From a virus (lineage: Duplodnaviria; Caudoviricetes): a stretch of DNA of 58,567 nucleotides. Numbering within the stretch: position 1 is the first letter of the stretch; every line of letters starts with the position of its first letter. The notes beneath the pieces are model-generated. The model saw nothing but the letters and a program-made list of their open reading frames with translations. It searched no databases and had not been told where the DNA came from. Location: the IMG/VR virus record IMGVR_UViG_3300030331_003634, positions 1 to 58,567 of that record, one strand, 5' to 3'. The position numbers and the translations under genes were made by a program. Shown here piece after piece: positions 36,889 to 44,975 of this stretch.

Positions 36889-37089
36889 ATGGCACAAGCA
36901 ATAAAAAAAGCTAAAAAAGGTAGCACTGTAAATAAAGCAGGTAACTATACAAAACCTGAAATGAGAAAGCGTATATTCAATAGAATAAAGGCTGGAGGAA
37001 AAGGTGGAGCTCCAGGTCAGTGGTCTGCTAGAAAAGCTCAGATGTTAGCTAAAGCTTATAAAGCTGCAGGAGGTGGCTATAGAAACTAA
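36889..37089 (+). CDS. Small basic protein (MAQAIKK...), resembles the N-terminal part of DUF5872-containing proteins
   Basis: YTKPEMR...KGGAPGQWSARKAQMLAKAYK..GGGY. Confidence 0.75.
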   Translation: MAQAIKKAKKGSTVNKAGNYTKPEMRKRIFNRIKAGGKGGAPGQWSARKAQMLAKAYKAAGGGYRN

Positions 37090-37337
37090 TGAAGGCTTTA
37101 AGAAAATCACAAAAAAGTTTAAAAGATTGGGGAGATCAGGATTGGGATTATGTCAGTAAAGAAGATGAAAAAAAGCCTGTAAGCCAAAGAGGTAGATACC
37201 TTCCTAAATCTGTTAGAGAATCTTTAAGTCCTAGTGAAAAAGCTGCTACAAATAGAGCTAAAAAAAGAGCTAGAAGAAAAGGTAAGCAATTTGCAAAATA
37301 CAGTAAAAAAGTAGCCCGAAAAGTAAGAAATGCGTAA
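37089..37337 (+). CDS. Small basic protein (MKALRK...), resembles the C-terminal part of DUF5872-containing proteins
   Basis: SQKSLKDW..QDW...RYLPK...LSPSEKAAT..KK..GKQF. Confidence 0.75.
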   Translation: MKALRKSQKSLKDWGDQDWDYVSKEDEKKPVSQRGRYLPKSVRESLSPSEKAATNRAKKRARRKGKQFAKYSKKVARKVRNA

Positions 37338-39742
37338 TGAAAAAAATATTTTATATAATACTATTTATAAGTTTAAACGCAAATTCTCAAGATAGTTTAT
37401 TTGTAGATTGTGCAGGAAATGAAGCTCCTGAAAACTGGTTGGGTGATGGATTTTGTGATGATGGTTCTTATTCTTTTGATGGTGTCCCTATATATTTTGA
37501 TTGCCCTGAGTTTCAGTTTGATGCTGGTGACTGTGATCCTCCTATAGATAATTCTGTAATACAGGGTTGTACAGATCCTGAGGCAATAAACTACAACCCA
37601 CTTGCACAGGTAGATAATGGTGGGTGTGCTAATGTTTCTTGTGATGATGGTGAAGTAAAAATGTTATTAGAGGTTACGCTAGATCAGTATCCAGGTGAAA
37701 CAGGATGGATACTTACAGATATATCTACGGGAGAGCCAGTAGAAAGTGTTATGGCAGGAGAATATTCTTTTGACCAGGCAAACTCTATGATACCTTATCA
37801 AATATGTGTGCCCGAAACAGGTGTTGAACTTATAGTAAGTGATTCATACGGTGATGGGTTAGCTGGATCTCAATGGGGTGGAACTGATGGTAACTTTGTT
37901 ATTATGGGTGACCTAGAGCCTTGTGGTAGTCCTGATATTATATGGGAGCTGACTGAACCTAATTTTGGAAATGCTGCATACTCAGGAGTTATACAACTAG
38001 AGTATTGTGACATACCTGAAGTTTACGGTTGTACTGACAATACTTACTTTGAGTTTAATCCTTTTGCTACGCAAGATGATGGTAGCTGCGAAACACTACA
38101 TATTTTAGGTTGCATTAACTGGACATCTTTTAATTACAATCCAGAAGCTACATTAAATGAAATAATTCCTGTTTGTGACTACAAGCTTGTAATAGAGGAT
38201 GATGCTGCAGACGGGTGGGGTGAATCACACTTAGCCTTATTTCAAGGAGATAGTTTAGTTGGTATATATACAATGGGTCCTGGATATTATAGTCAAGAGT
38301 TTGATTTACAGCTTAAAACAAATAAGCCAATTGATGTGTATTATTTTGAAGTTGGACAACAACAACAACCTCAAGAAGAGGTGGAGTTTCAAACAATGCA
38401 CAACTCTTTTTATTTAGAAAATTCAGAGGGTGTATACTTAATGCAGGGTGGTACTAATCCTTTTGCTAACAATGGTCAAGGAGCTTTGCAGCCTTTTCAA
38501 CCTCCATTTTGGACAGTATATAGTGCTATGCCTTATTGTGGTGATTACTGTATACCAGTTATAGAAGGTTGTATGGAGCAGGATGCTTTTAATTACGATG
38601 AAGAAGCTAATACAGATAGCGGAGATTGTCTACCTGTAATCGAGGGCTGCACAAACAGTTTAGCATATAATTACAATGAAGAAGCAAATGTAGATGATGA
38701 CTCATGTCAGCCTTATGTTTATGGATGTATGGATGCAAGTGCTTGGAATTACAATCCTTTAGCTAATGTTGCAGATGAATCTTGTCTTTATTTTGGGTGC
38801 ACCGATCAGTTAGCTCTTAATTATGATAGCCTTGCTAATGTAAATAATGATAACTGTATATATCCTGTACCTGGATGTACAGATCCAAACGCCTTTAATT
38901 TTAATGTAGAATCTAATGTTAATGATGGTAGCTGCATTCCTGTAGTGATAGGATGTATGGACCCTACAATGTATAATTATAATGAAGAAGCAAATACAGC
39001 AAGCGATAATTGTATCCCTTTTATATTTGGGTGTACTGATACTACTGCTTTTAATTACGACCCTGTCGCTAACACTAATAATGAGTCTTGCATTCCAATA
39101 ATTTATGGGTGTACAGATCCTAACGCTTTTAACTACGACTTAGAAGCAAATACAGAGGACTTCTCTTGTATTGATATAATGTATGGCTGCACTGATAGTA
39201 CAGCCTTTAATTATGATACACAAGCAAATACTGATAATGGTAACTGCATAGATGTATTAGAGGGATGTATGGATCCTTTTGCTCACAATTATGATGCTGT
39301 ATATAATACAGATGATGGAAGCTGTTTGTATGATGCAGGTTGTGTTGGAGGTCCTGGGGTTCCTTACTGGCTAAATGATACGTGTTATGCTTGGGTTATT
39401 ATGGTTGACCCATATTGTTGTAATAACAACTGGGATGACAAGTGTCAACAATTGTATTGGAGTTGTAGCGGAGATAGCGATCTTTATACTAGAGATTTAC
39501 TTAGAGGTCATAACATAGTTATGTATCCTAATCCTATGAATGACGTATTAAATATATTAACAAATGGTCCTGTAGCAATAAAAGTACATGATGTATCAGG
39601 TAAACTTGTTGTTAAAATAAAACAAAGTCAAACACATAAAGGTTTAAACCAGCTAGATGTAAGTTTACTACCTTCTGGGATTTATAATTTTAGTATAACG
39701 TATGAAGGTAGAACGACAACTGCAAAAGTATTAAAGAGATGA
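37337..39742 (+). CDS. Secreted Cys-rich repeat protein with T9SS type A C-terminal sorting domain
   Basis: Signal peptide ..ANS/Q; WLGDGFCD..C..FQFDAGDC (LNR-like); DSYGDG; 13 GCxDxxAxNYxxxAxxDDGSC-type repeats; YPNP..LNI..DVSGKLV..LDVSLLPSGIY..KVLKR. Confidence 0.85.
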   Translation: MKKIFYIILFISLNANSQDSLFVDCAGNEAPENWLGDGFCDDGSYSFDGVPIYFDCPEFQFDAGDCDPPIDNSVIQGCTDPEAINYNPLAQVDNGGCANVSCDDGEVKMLLEVTLDQYPGETGWILTDISTGEPVESVMAGEYSFDQANSMIPYQICVPETGVELIVSDSYGDGLAGSQWGGTDGNFVIMGDLEPCGSPDIIWELTEPNFGNAAYSGVIQLEYCDIPEVYGCTDNTYFEFNPFATQDDGSCETLHILGCINWTSFNYNPEATLNEIIPVCDYKLVIEDDAADGWGESHLALFQGDSLVGIYTMGPGYYSQEFDLQLKTNKPIDVYYFEVGQQQQPQEEVEFQTMHNSFYLENSEGVYLMQGGTNPFANNGQGALQPFQPPFWTVYSAMPYCGDYCIPVIEGCMEQDAFNYDEEANTDSGDCLPVIEGCTNSLAYNYNEEANVDDDSCQPYVYGCMDASAWNYNPLANVADESCLYFGCTDQLALNYDSLANVNNDNCIYPVPGCTDPNAFNFNVESNVNDGSCIPVVIGCMDPTMYNYNEEANTASDNCIPFIFGCTDTTAFNYDPVANTNNESCIPIIYGCTDPNAFNYDLEANTEDFSCIDIMYGCTDSTAFNYDTQANTDNGNCIDVLEGCMDPFAHNYDAVYNTDDGSCLYDAGCVGGPGVPYWLNDTCYAWVIMVDPYCCNNNWDDKCQQLYWSCSGDSDLYTRDLLRGHNIVMYPNPMNDVLNILTNGPVAIKVHDVSGKLVVKIKQSQTHKGLNQLDVSLLPSGIYNFSITYEGRTTTAKVLKR
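38567..39325 (+). repeat. 10 tandem ~26-aa Cys repeats (GC[TM]DxxAxNYxxxANxDDxSC)
   Basis: Counted in the translation; three further dispersed copies upstream. Confidence 0.9.
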
Positions 39743-40773
39743 AAAAATTATTACTAATATTGTTATTCATTCCTTTAATAGGAAACTCTCAGAGTTTACA
39801 TAAAATATTTAAATATTCTACATTTTATGCTGCAGTCAATGGTGGAACATCTTTAGGGGATAATCAAGTTTGGTCTGTAACATCAGGATCTCTTGAGGAG
39901 AATGTAATAGAAACTCCATTTGATTATACTTTTTCTATAGGTATAAGAAAAATAAAACGATTTGGATATGAGAATAGAGCTTTAACTTTTTATAACGGTA
40001 CAGAAAATTCATACAGTGATGCTGCTACAATTGGTAGAGTAGATGGTTTTGAGTATTTATTTGAAGCTGACTTTGTAAGACGTTTAGGTGTAAATTATAC
40101 TAATCAGCATCATTTTGTAAGGTATGTAGCTGACAATTGGGTTGCTAAGGTAGAATATTTAGAAGATGGTTTTGCTGATATAAAATATTTTGAAGCCTCA
40201 CAAAGATACAGAAAACAAGTAAGGGAGGGCAAGCTTTCGTTCAACGGGGGTTTAGTGCAAAGACTTGCCGAACCTTACGGGTTTGATCCTTTATCTGACT
40301 GGGTACTTGATAATGGTACACTTCATTATACATACCTTGCTCTTCAAGAAGGATACAACATTACCCTAGGGGGAGAGTATTTTTCACCTGACGGAGAGCT
40401 TGTAGCAAACAGTCAAGAGGTATGGGAAGAGGTTGTTATACCACAAGTTATAAATAATTATGTAGAAAAACAAAGAAATTCTATATCTAATATTGTAGAG
40501 TACTCTTTTGTTTTAGGTTTAGACTATTATCATTTTACAAAAGATTTTTGGTTTCATACTTGGGGAAACATTATGCCTTACCACTTAGACACTGATAATA
40601 TATACTCTTATCACAAGTTTAATAATGGTCAATGGATAGACTACTCTCTTGGTTTAATATACGGTTATAGATTTAATAAAAGTTTAGGTATATTTGTAGA
40701 GGGTAGATACAATAAGTATTGGAACAGACAGTGGCACAACTTTAGTGTTGGCCTTAATTATGTAATATTTTAA
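39739..40773 (+). CDS. Putative outer-membrane beta-barrel protein
   Basis: Signal peptide ..GNS/Q; many amphipathic aromatic-rich strands; C-terminal FSVGLNYVIF beta-signal; ATGA-coupled to the T9SS cargo gene. Confidence 0.7.
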   Translation: MKKLLLILLFIPLIGNSQSLHKIFKYSTFYAAVNGGTSLGDNQVWSVTSGSLEENVIETPFDYTFSIGIRKIKRFGYENRALTFYNGTENSYSDAATIGRVDGFEYLFEADFVRRLGVNYTNQHHFVRYVADNWVAKVEYLEDGFADIKYFEASQRYRKQVREGKLSFNGGLVQRLAEPYGFDPLSDWVLDNGTLHYTYLALQEGYNITLGGEYFSPDGELVANSQEVWEEVVIPQVINNYVEKQRNSISNIVEYSFVLGLDYYHFTKDFWFHTWGNIMPYHLDTDNIYSYHKFNNGQWIDYSLGLIYGYRFNKSLGIFVEGRYNKYWNRQWHNFSVGLNYVIF

Positions 40774-40775
40774 TC

Positions 40776-41060
40776 ATGGCAAAAGAATTAAGCGAAGAAA
40801 CATCATTTAATATAAGTTTAAAAACACTAGCAGGTATTGCTGTTCTTATATTTACATTGGTTGGGATGTGGTTCACACTTCAAAATGATATAGCAGATGC
40901 TAAGGAACTACCTCTTCCTCCTGATCCTGAAATTACTCGTATGGAGTATGATATGAAAGATCAGCTTATTAGACAAACTATTATGACCACTCAAGAAGAT
41001 GTAAAAGAGATAAAAAGTCAAATGATTAGAATGGAAGAGAAGATTGATAACTTAAGATAG
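40776..41060 (+). CDS. Single-TM protein with C-terminal coiled coil
   Basis: LAGIAVLIFTLVGMWFTL, then Pro linker, then heptads. Confidence 0.65.
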   Translation: MAKELSEETSFNISLKTLAGIAVLIFTLVGMWFTLQNDIADAKELPLPPDPEITRMEYDMKDQLIRQTIMTTQEDVKEIKSQMIRMEEKIDNLR

Positions 41061-41064
41061 GGTT

Positions 41065-41403
41065 ATGAAAAACTTACTAATTACATTTTTCTTTATATCA
41101 TTATTATCTTTTGGTCAAGACTTTCCTGATGGAATGGTGGCTGTTGAGTTTAATGCTAGTTTTAATAAGTCTAACGAAGTTAGTTGGCTTCCTAAGCTTA
41201 CGGACTGTGAAATAGAAAGAGTTGATATAACAGCAGACGCAAGGTGGTCTAAAGAATATAAGATAGTAGTTGTTCCTACTATTGTAATATTTAATAACAA
41301 TGAAGAAGTAAAAAGATTTCAAGCAAATATAATGATGACTATGGAAGCTACTAAGAGTGAAGTTCAGAACTCTATAGACGAAATAGTAATGGAAGCATTT
41401 TAA
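41065..41403 (+). CDS. Exported thioredoxin-fold protein lacking CxxC
   Basis: Signal peptide ..SFG/Q; VAVEFNASFN in place of F-x-A-x-WCxxC; RVDI..EYKIVVVPTIVIFNNNEEVKRF cis-Pro loop. Confidence 0.7.
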   Translation: MKNLLITFFFISLLSFGQDFPDGMVAVEFNASFNKSNEVSWLPKLTDCEIERVDITADARWSKEYKIVVVPTIVIFNNNEEVKRFQANIMMTMEATKSEVQNSIDEIVMEAF

Positions 41404-41412
41404 ATTTAAATT

Positions 41413-41862
41413 ATGAGTTTAAGTAAAAATTTTTCTCGCTCAGAGATAGAACACAGTAACACAGCAAAAAGATTAGGTATTAGTAATGAAATGTCTGAAA
41501 AACATTTGGAAAGCATGCAAAGGCTTATTGATAATCTCATTCAACCTATGCGTGACGCTATTGGTCCTATTCGTATTAGTAGTGGTTATCGCAGTCCGAA
41601 ACTCAATAAAGCTATTGGGGGATCATCTCGCAGTCAGCACAGCAAAGGTGAAGCTTTGGATTTGCAGTTTTGGGAAAAAGGAAAAATGAATAACAAAGTT
41701 ATTTATGACTGGGTATTAGAATCAGGTGTAGAGTTTGATCAAATGATAAACGAATTTGATTTTTCTTGGATACACATATCTCTTAAATCGAGAGAGAATA
41801 GAAGTCAAGTTCTTGAGGCCTACAAAAATGAAAAAGGAAAGACTGCTTATAAACTAGTTTAG
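41413..41862 (+). CDS. Endolysin, peptidase M15A family
   Basis: LSKNFS, ISSGYRS..LN.AIGG..SQHSKGEALD, FDQMI.E, WIHIS. Confidence 0.9.
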   Translation: MSLSKNFSRSEIEHSNTAKRLGISNEMSEKHLESMQRLIDNLIQPMRDAIGPIRISSGYRSPKLNKAIGGSSRSQHSKGEALDLQFWEKGKMNNKVIYDWVLESGVEFDQMINEFDFSWIHISLKSRENRSQVLEAYKNEKGKTAYKLV

Positions 41863-41864
41863 TT

Positions 41865-42251
41865 ATGAGTAAATTATTAAACTTTTTAGGTGGTGGTGTT
41901 GTAAAACAGGTTGGAGATGTAATAGATAATCTTAGTACATCTGAGGAAGAGAGATTAGAAGCAAAGCGTAAAATGGAGGAAGTTCTTATGCAGGCTGAAT
42001 CGCAAGCACAAGAACAAGTTACTAGACGATGGGAGGCAGACATGAAGTCTGACAACTGGTTATCTAAGAATATTAGACCTTTGATATGTATATTTTTAAC
42101 TGCAATTTTTGTAGTTTTGTCAGTGTTTGATGGTAATATAGGGGAGTTTGTTATTCAAGAAAGCTACATACCTATATATCAAACATTATTAATAACAGTA
42201 TATGGAGCTTACTTTGCAGGTAGGTCTATAGAAAAAATAAGAAAAAAGTAA
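41865..42251 (+). CDS. Holin (3TM/GTA-holin-like)
   Basis: RWEADMKSDNWLSKNIRPL + TM helices + YGAYFAGRSIEK; follows the endolysin. Confidence 0.8.
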   Translation: MSKLLNFLGGGVVKQVGDVIDNLSTSEEERLEAKRKMEEVLMQAESQAQEQVTRRWEADMKSDNWLSKNIRPLICIFLTAIFVVLSVFDGNIGEFVIQESYIPIYQTLLITVYGAYFAGRSIEKIRKK

Positions 42252-43802
42252 ATGAGTAATTTAAAAGGAAAATCTATATCCTCCACTTATAAGAATCTAT
42301 TACAAACTTCTGTAGAGTTAACAGATGGTAAGTTAAAAGATGTAGAGACAGGTGCTGGTAACATCACTTCATTGAAGGTGTCTACAGATAAAGTTTCTGT
42401 AACTAAATTAGGTGTAGGTACAGGATCATCAACTCCTGATGGTTTACTTCATGTTTTATCAGTTAGTGCAGGGGCAGTAAATGCTAGCTCTTTTGCTAAC
42501 CAGGTAGTTTTAGAAAACTCTTCAGATTCTGGAATGTCTATATTATCTGGCACATCAAATTCTGGTAATATTTATTTTGGAGATGTAAACAAAAACAATG
42601 CAGGTCAGGTATTTTACGACCACTCTAGTGATTCTTTATCTTTTGCTACAAATGGATCTGAAAAAGTTAAAATTGATAAAGATGGAAATCTTAAAGTAAG
42701 TGGTACAGTATCTCAGTCAGATGATAGATTTGAACTTGTAGAGTACTTTGAAAAAGTTCCAAGCTTAGGCATAACAGATGCTCAAGTTAGTCAAGCTACT
42801 GACGCTACAACTGCAGTTACTTTAAATGCTAAATATGGTATAATAACAATGCAGTCAGTTGACTTAGCTGCTACAGATACTGTAGAGTTTACTTTTAATA
42901 ATGCTCACATATACGGAGCAACATCTCAAGTTTTAGTTACTTTACAAGATGGTGGTACTATAGTTGATAACGCTATGGTTAATGTTATCGTACATGATAT
43001 AGCTGATGGTAGTTGTAAAATTAGAGTTGGTACTAATGGTACTGACATTGCAGCTCAAGTATTTAAATTATTTTTTATAGTAGATCCTTACATTATTCCT
43101 AATCAAAACTTTGTTTTAGGAGGAGTTAGTGGTGGTTCTTTACAAGTGTCTTCTGGATCTGGAAGACCTACAAATTTTGCTGGTATTAAACTAGCTACAG
43201 GAACAACTGATAATGATTTTACTGTTTTAACACCTAGAGATGCAGAAACTGAAATGCCATCTGGTCATGATTCTTCTGCTTGGTCTTCTGTTCCTTTCGG
43301 TACAGAAAATAAAATAGAGTTTTCTTGTGGTATATCTACATCAGTAACTATAACTGAAACTGCTATATGGGCTGGGTTAAAATTAACAGAAGTTGGTACT
43401 ATTGCTACAGACGCAGATCAAGCTTATTTTTTATACTCTAGTGATGATGATGCACAAACAGGGACTTTAACAACAAATGGTAATTTACATTTTGTATATA
43501 GTGTAGGTGGAACAGATTTTATAACAAACTTAGGAATAACAGTTACTACCAATACTGTTTATAGGTTAAGAATATCTTTTGATGAAAATAGAAAGATTAG
43601 TGTTTTTGTAAACAATGTTCAATATGGTTTAGTTACCACTGCAACAGCAGGTGGAGGAACTCAGTCAATAAGTACAACAAAATCTTTAGCTATGACTGAC
43701 GACATAGATTTAGTACCTTTTGTTGGTATTCAAACTTTAACTACTGCAAGTAGAGGTATGCAGGTAGGATATGTAAAACTATCTAGAGATTTATTCGAGT
43801 AG
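42252..43802 (+). CDS. Tail fibre/spike-like structural protein
   Basis: N-terminal LKGKSISSTYKNLL, LGVGT..PDGLLHV, GMSILSG..GNIYFGD, FATNGSEKVKID fibre motifs; lectin-like C-terminus. Confidence 0.7.
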   Translation: MSNLKGKSISSTYKNLLQTSVELTDGKLKDVETGAGNITSLKVSTDKVSVTKLGVGTGSSTPDGLLHVLSVSAGAVNASSFANQVVLENSSDSGMSILSGTSNSGNIYFGDVNKNNAGQVFYDHSSDSLSFATNGSEKVKIDKDGNLKVSGTVSQSDDRFELVEYFEKVPSLGITDAQVSQATDATTAVTLNAKYGIITMQSVDLAATDTVEFTFNNAHIYGATSQVLVTLQDGGTIVDNAMVNVIVHDIADGSCKIRVGTNGTDIAAQVFKLFFIVDPYIIPNQNFVLGGVSGGSLQVSSGSGRPTNFAGIKLATGTTDNDFTVLTPRDAETEMPSGHDSSAWSSVPFGTENKIEFSCGISTSVTITETAIWAGLKLTEVGTIATDADQAYFLYSSDDDAQTGTLTTNGNLHFVYSVGGTDFITNLGITVTTNTVYRLRISFDENRKISVFVNNVQYGLVTTATAGGGTQSISTTKSLAMTDDIDLVPFVGIQTLTTASRGMQVGYVKLSRDLFE

Positions 43803-43834
43803 TAAAATATATAATAAATTTAAATTAAAGAAAA

Positions 43835-44110
43835 ATGGAAGCAATAAATCCTATTATAAGAAAAATAACAATAGGGGACTTAAAGCAAGGACTGACTTAT
43901 CAGGTAGGTCAAAAGATGCTTGGAGGTTCACTAGAAGTCACCGCAATAATTCAAGACGAAGCGGCTTGGTATAAGCATCAACAAGTAGTGTATGATGTGT
44001 ATATAAAAAAAGATGAAGAGGAGTTTTCAAGACCTTGGAAAAGGTTTTTTTCTCAGCCAACAGCAATAGAATACAATACTGCTGTTTTAGATGAGTACGA
44101 AGTAAAGTAA
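43835..44110 (+). CDS. Conserved phage hypothetical protein
   Basis: IIRKITIG..YQVGQ..WKRF..AIEYN; upstream of the GroES-like gene. Confidence 0.65.
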   Translation: MEAINPIIRKITIGDLKQGLTYQVGQKMLGGSLEVTAIIQDEAAWYKHQQVVYDVYIKKDEEEFSRPWKRFFSQPTAIEYNTAVLDEYEVK

Positions 44111-44128
44111 ACTTAAATATAATCAAAA

Positions 44129-44704
44129 ATGAAGCCAATTAAAGACATATACTGGATAGAGGTAGAAAAAGAAACAGAAGATACCATAATGTTAAACGGT
44201 GTAGAATTGTATAGAGATACCTCTTATGATCCTATGAGATTAGCAAGACAATATGGTACGGTGTATAAAACACCAATGCAAGACACTAAAGAAACTGGAA
44301 TACAAGAGGGTGATAAAGTTTGGTTTCACCATTTTGTAGCAACAGATACGAATCATGTCAAGCATGCTGATAAGGATAATATATATCAAGCTTTTGCAGA
44401 GCAGATATACCTTGTTAAAAGAGAAGATGAGTATATTCCTGTAGGGGTATGGAATTTTATGGAGCAAGAAATGAAGGAACCAGAAAAAACTGAGTCTGGT
44501 ATATTTTTAGAAACTTCAGCATCTGAAGTAGAGCTTCATGGAAAGGCAGTTATAATAAATGACTGGATGAAAGATCAGGGAGTTAAAGAAGGCGACAGAG
44601 TTATGTGGAGTGAAAACTCTGAATATGACATGAATATAGATGGACAAAAACTTCTTCGCATGCGTAACTTTGATGTCTTAGCAGTTTATGAAGGAGCAGA
44701 ATAG
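44129..44704 (+). CDS. GroES-like co-chaperonin (two tandem GroES-like domains)
   Basis: MKPIKD..., GIQEGDKVWF, EKTESGIFL, GVKEGDRV, DGQKLLRMRNFDVLAV. Confidence 0.75.
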   Translation: MKPIKDIYWIEVEKETEDTIMLNGVELYRDTSYDPMRLARQYGTVYKTPMQDTKETGIQEGDKVWFHHFVATDTNHVKHADKDNIYQAFAEQIYLVKREDEYIPVGVWNFMEQEMKEPEKTESGIFLETSASEVELHGKAVIINDWMKDQGVKEGDRVMWSENSEYDMNIDGQKLLRMRNFDVLAVYEGAE

Positions 44705-44975
44705 AGATTATGCTCTTAAAACTTTAGAGAAGTTAATAGAAGCAAGTAAGGGAGCTGTAGATCTTCTTATAGAAGAGATAGGCAAACCTTTAATAGAAGA
44801 AGATGACGCTAAAAGAAGACAGGCTATAAAAGCAAAAAGAGAATGTTTTGAGGACTGTCAAGAAATTCTTTTAGGAATAAAAAACCTTGAAGATAGAATC
44901 AAGGAAGGAGAATCCTTAATAGAAGAGAAAAAAGATTTTAAAGGATCTTTTGCTGAACGGTATGCAAAAAAGTGA
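44688..44975 (+). CDS. Putative terminase small subunit
   Basis: Small helical protein overlapping the TerL start; call rests on position. Confidence 0.5.
   Translation: MKEQNRDYALKTLEKLIEASKGAVDLLIEEIGKPLIEEDDAKRRQAIKAKRECFEDCQEILLGIKNLEDRIKEGESLIEEKKDFKGSFAERYAKK

Noticed and set aside
38567-39325. CRISPR array or DGR template/variable repeats
   Set aside because: Repeats are in-frame protein repeats diverged at the DNA level; no spacers, cas genes or reverse transcriptase.
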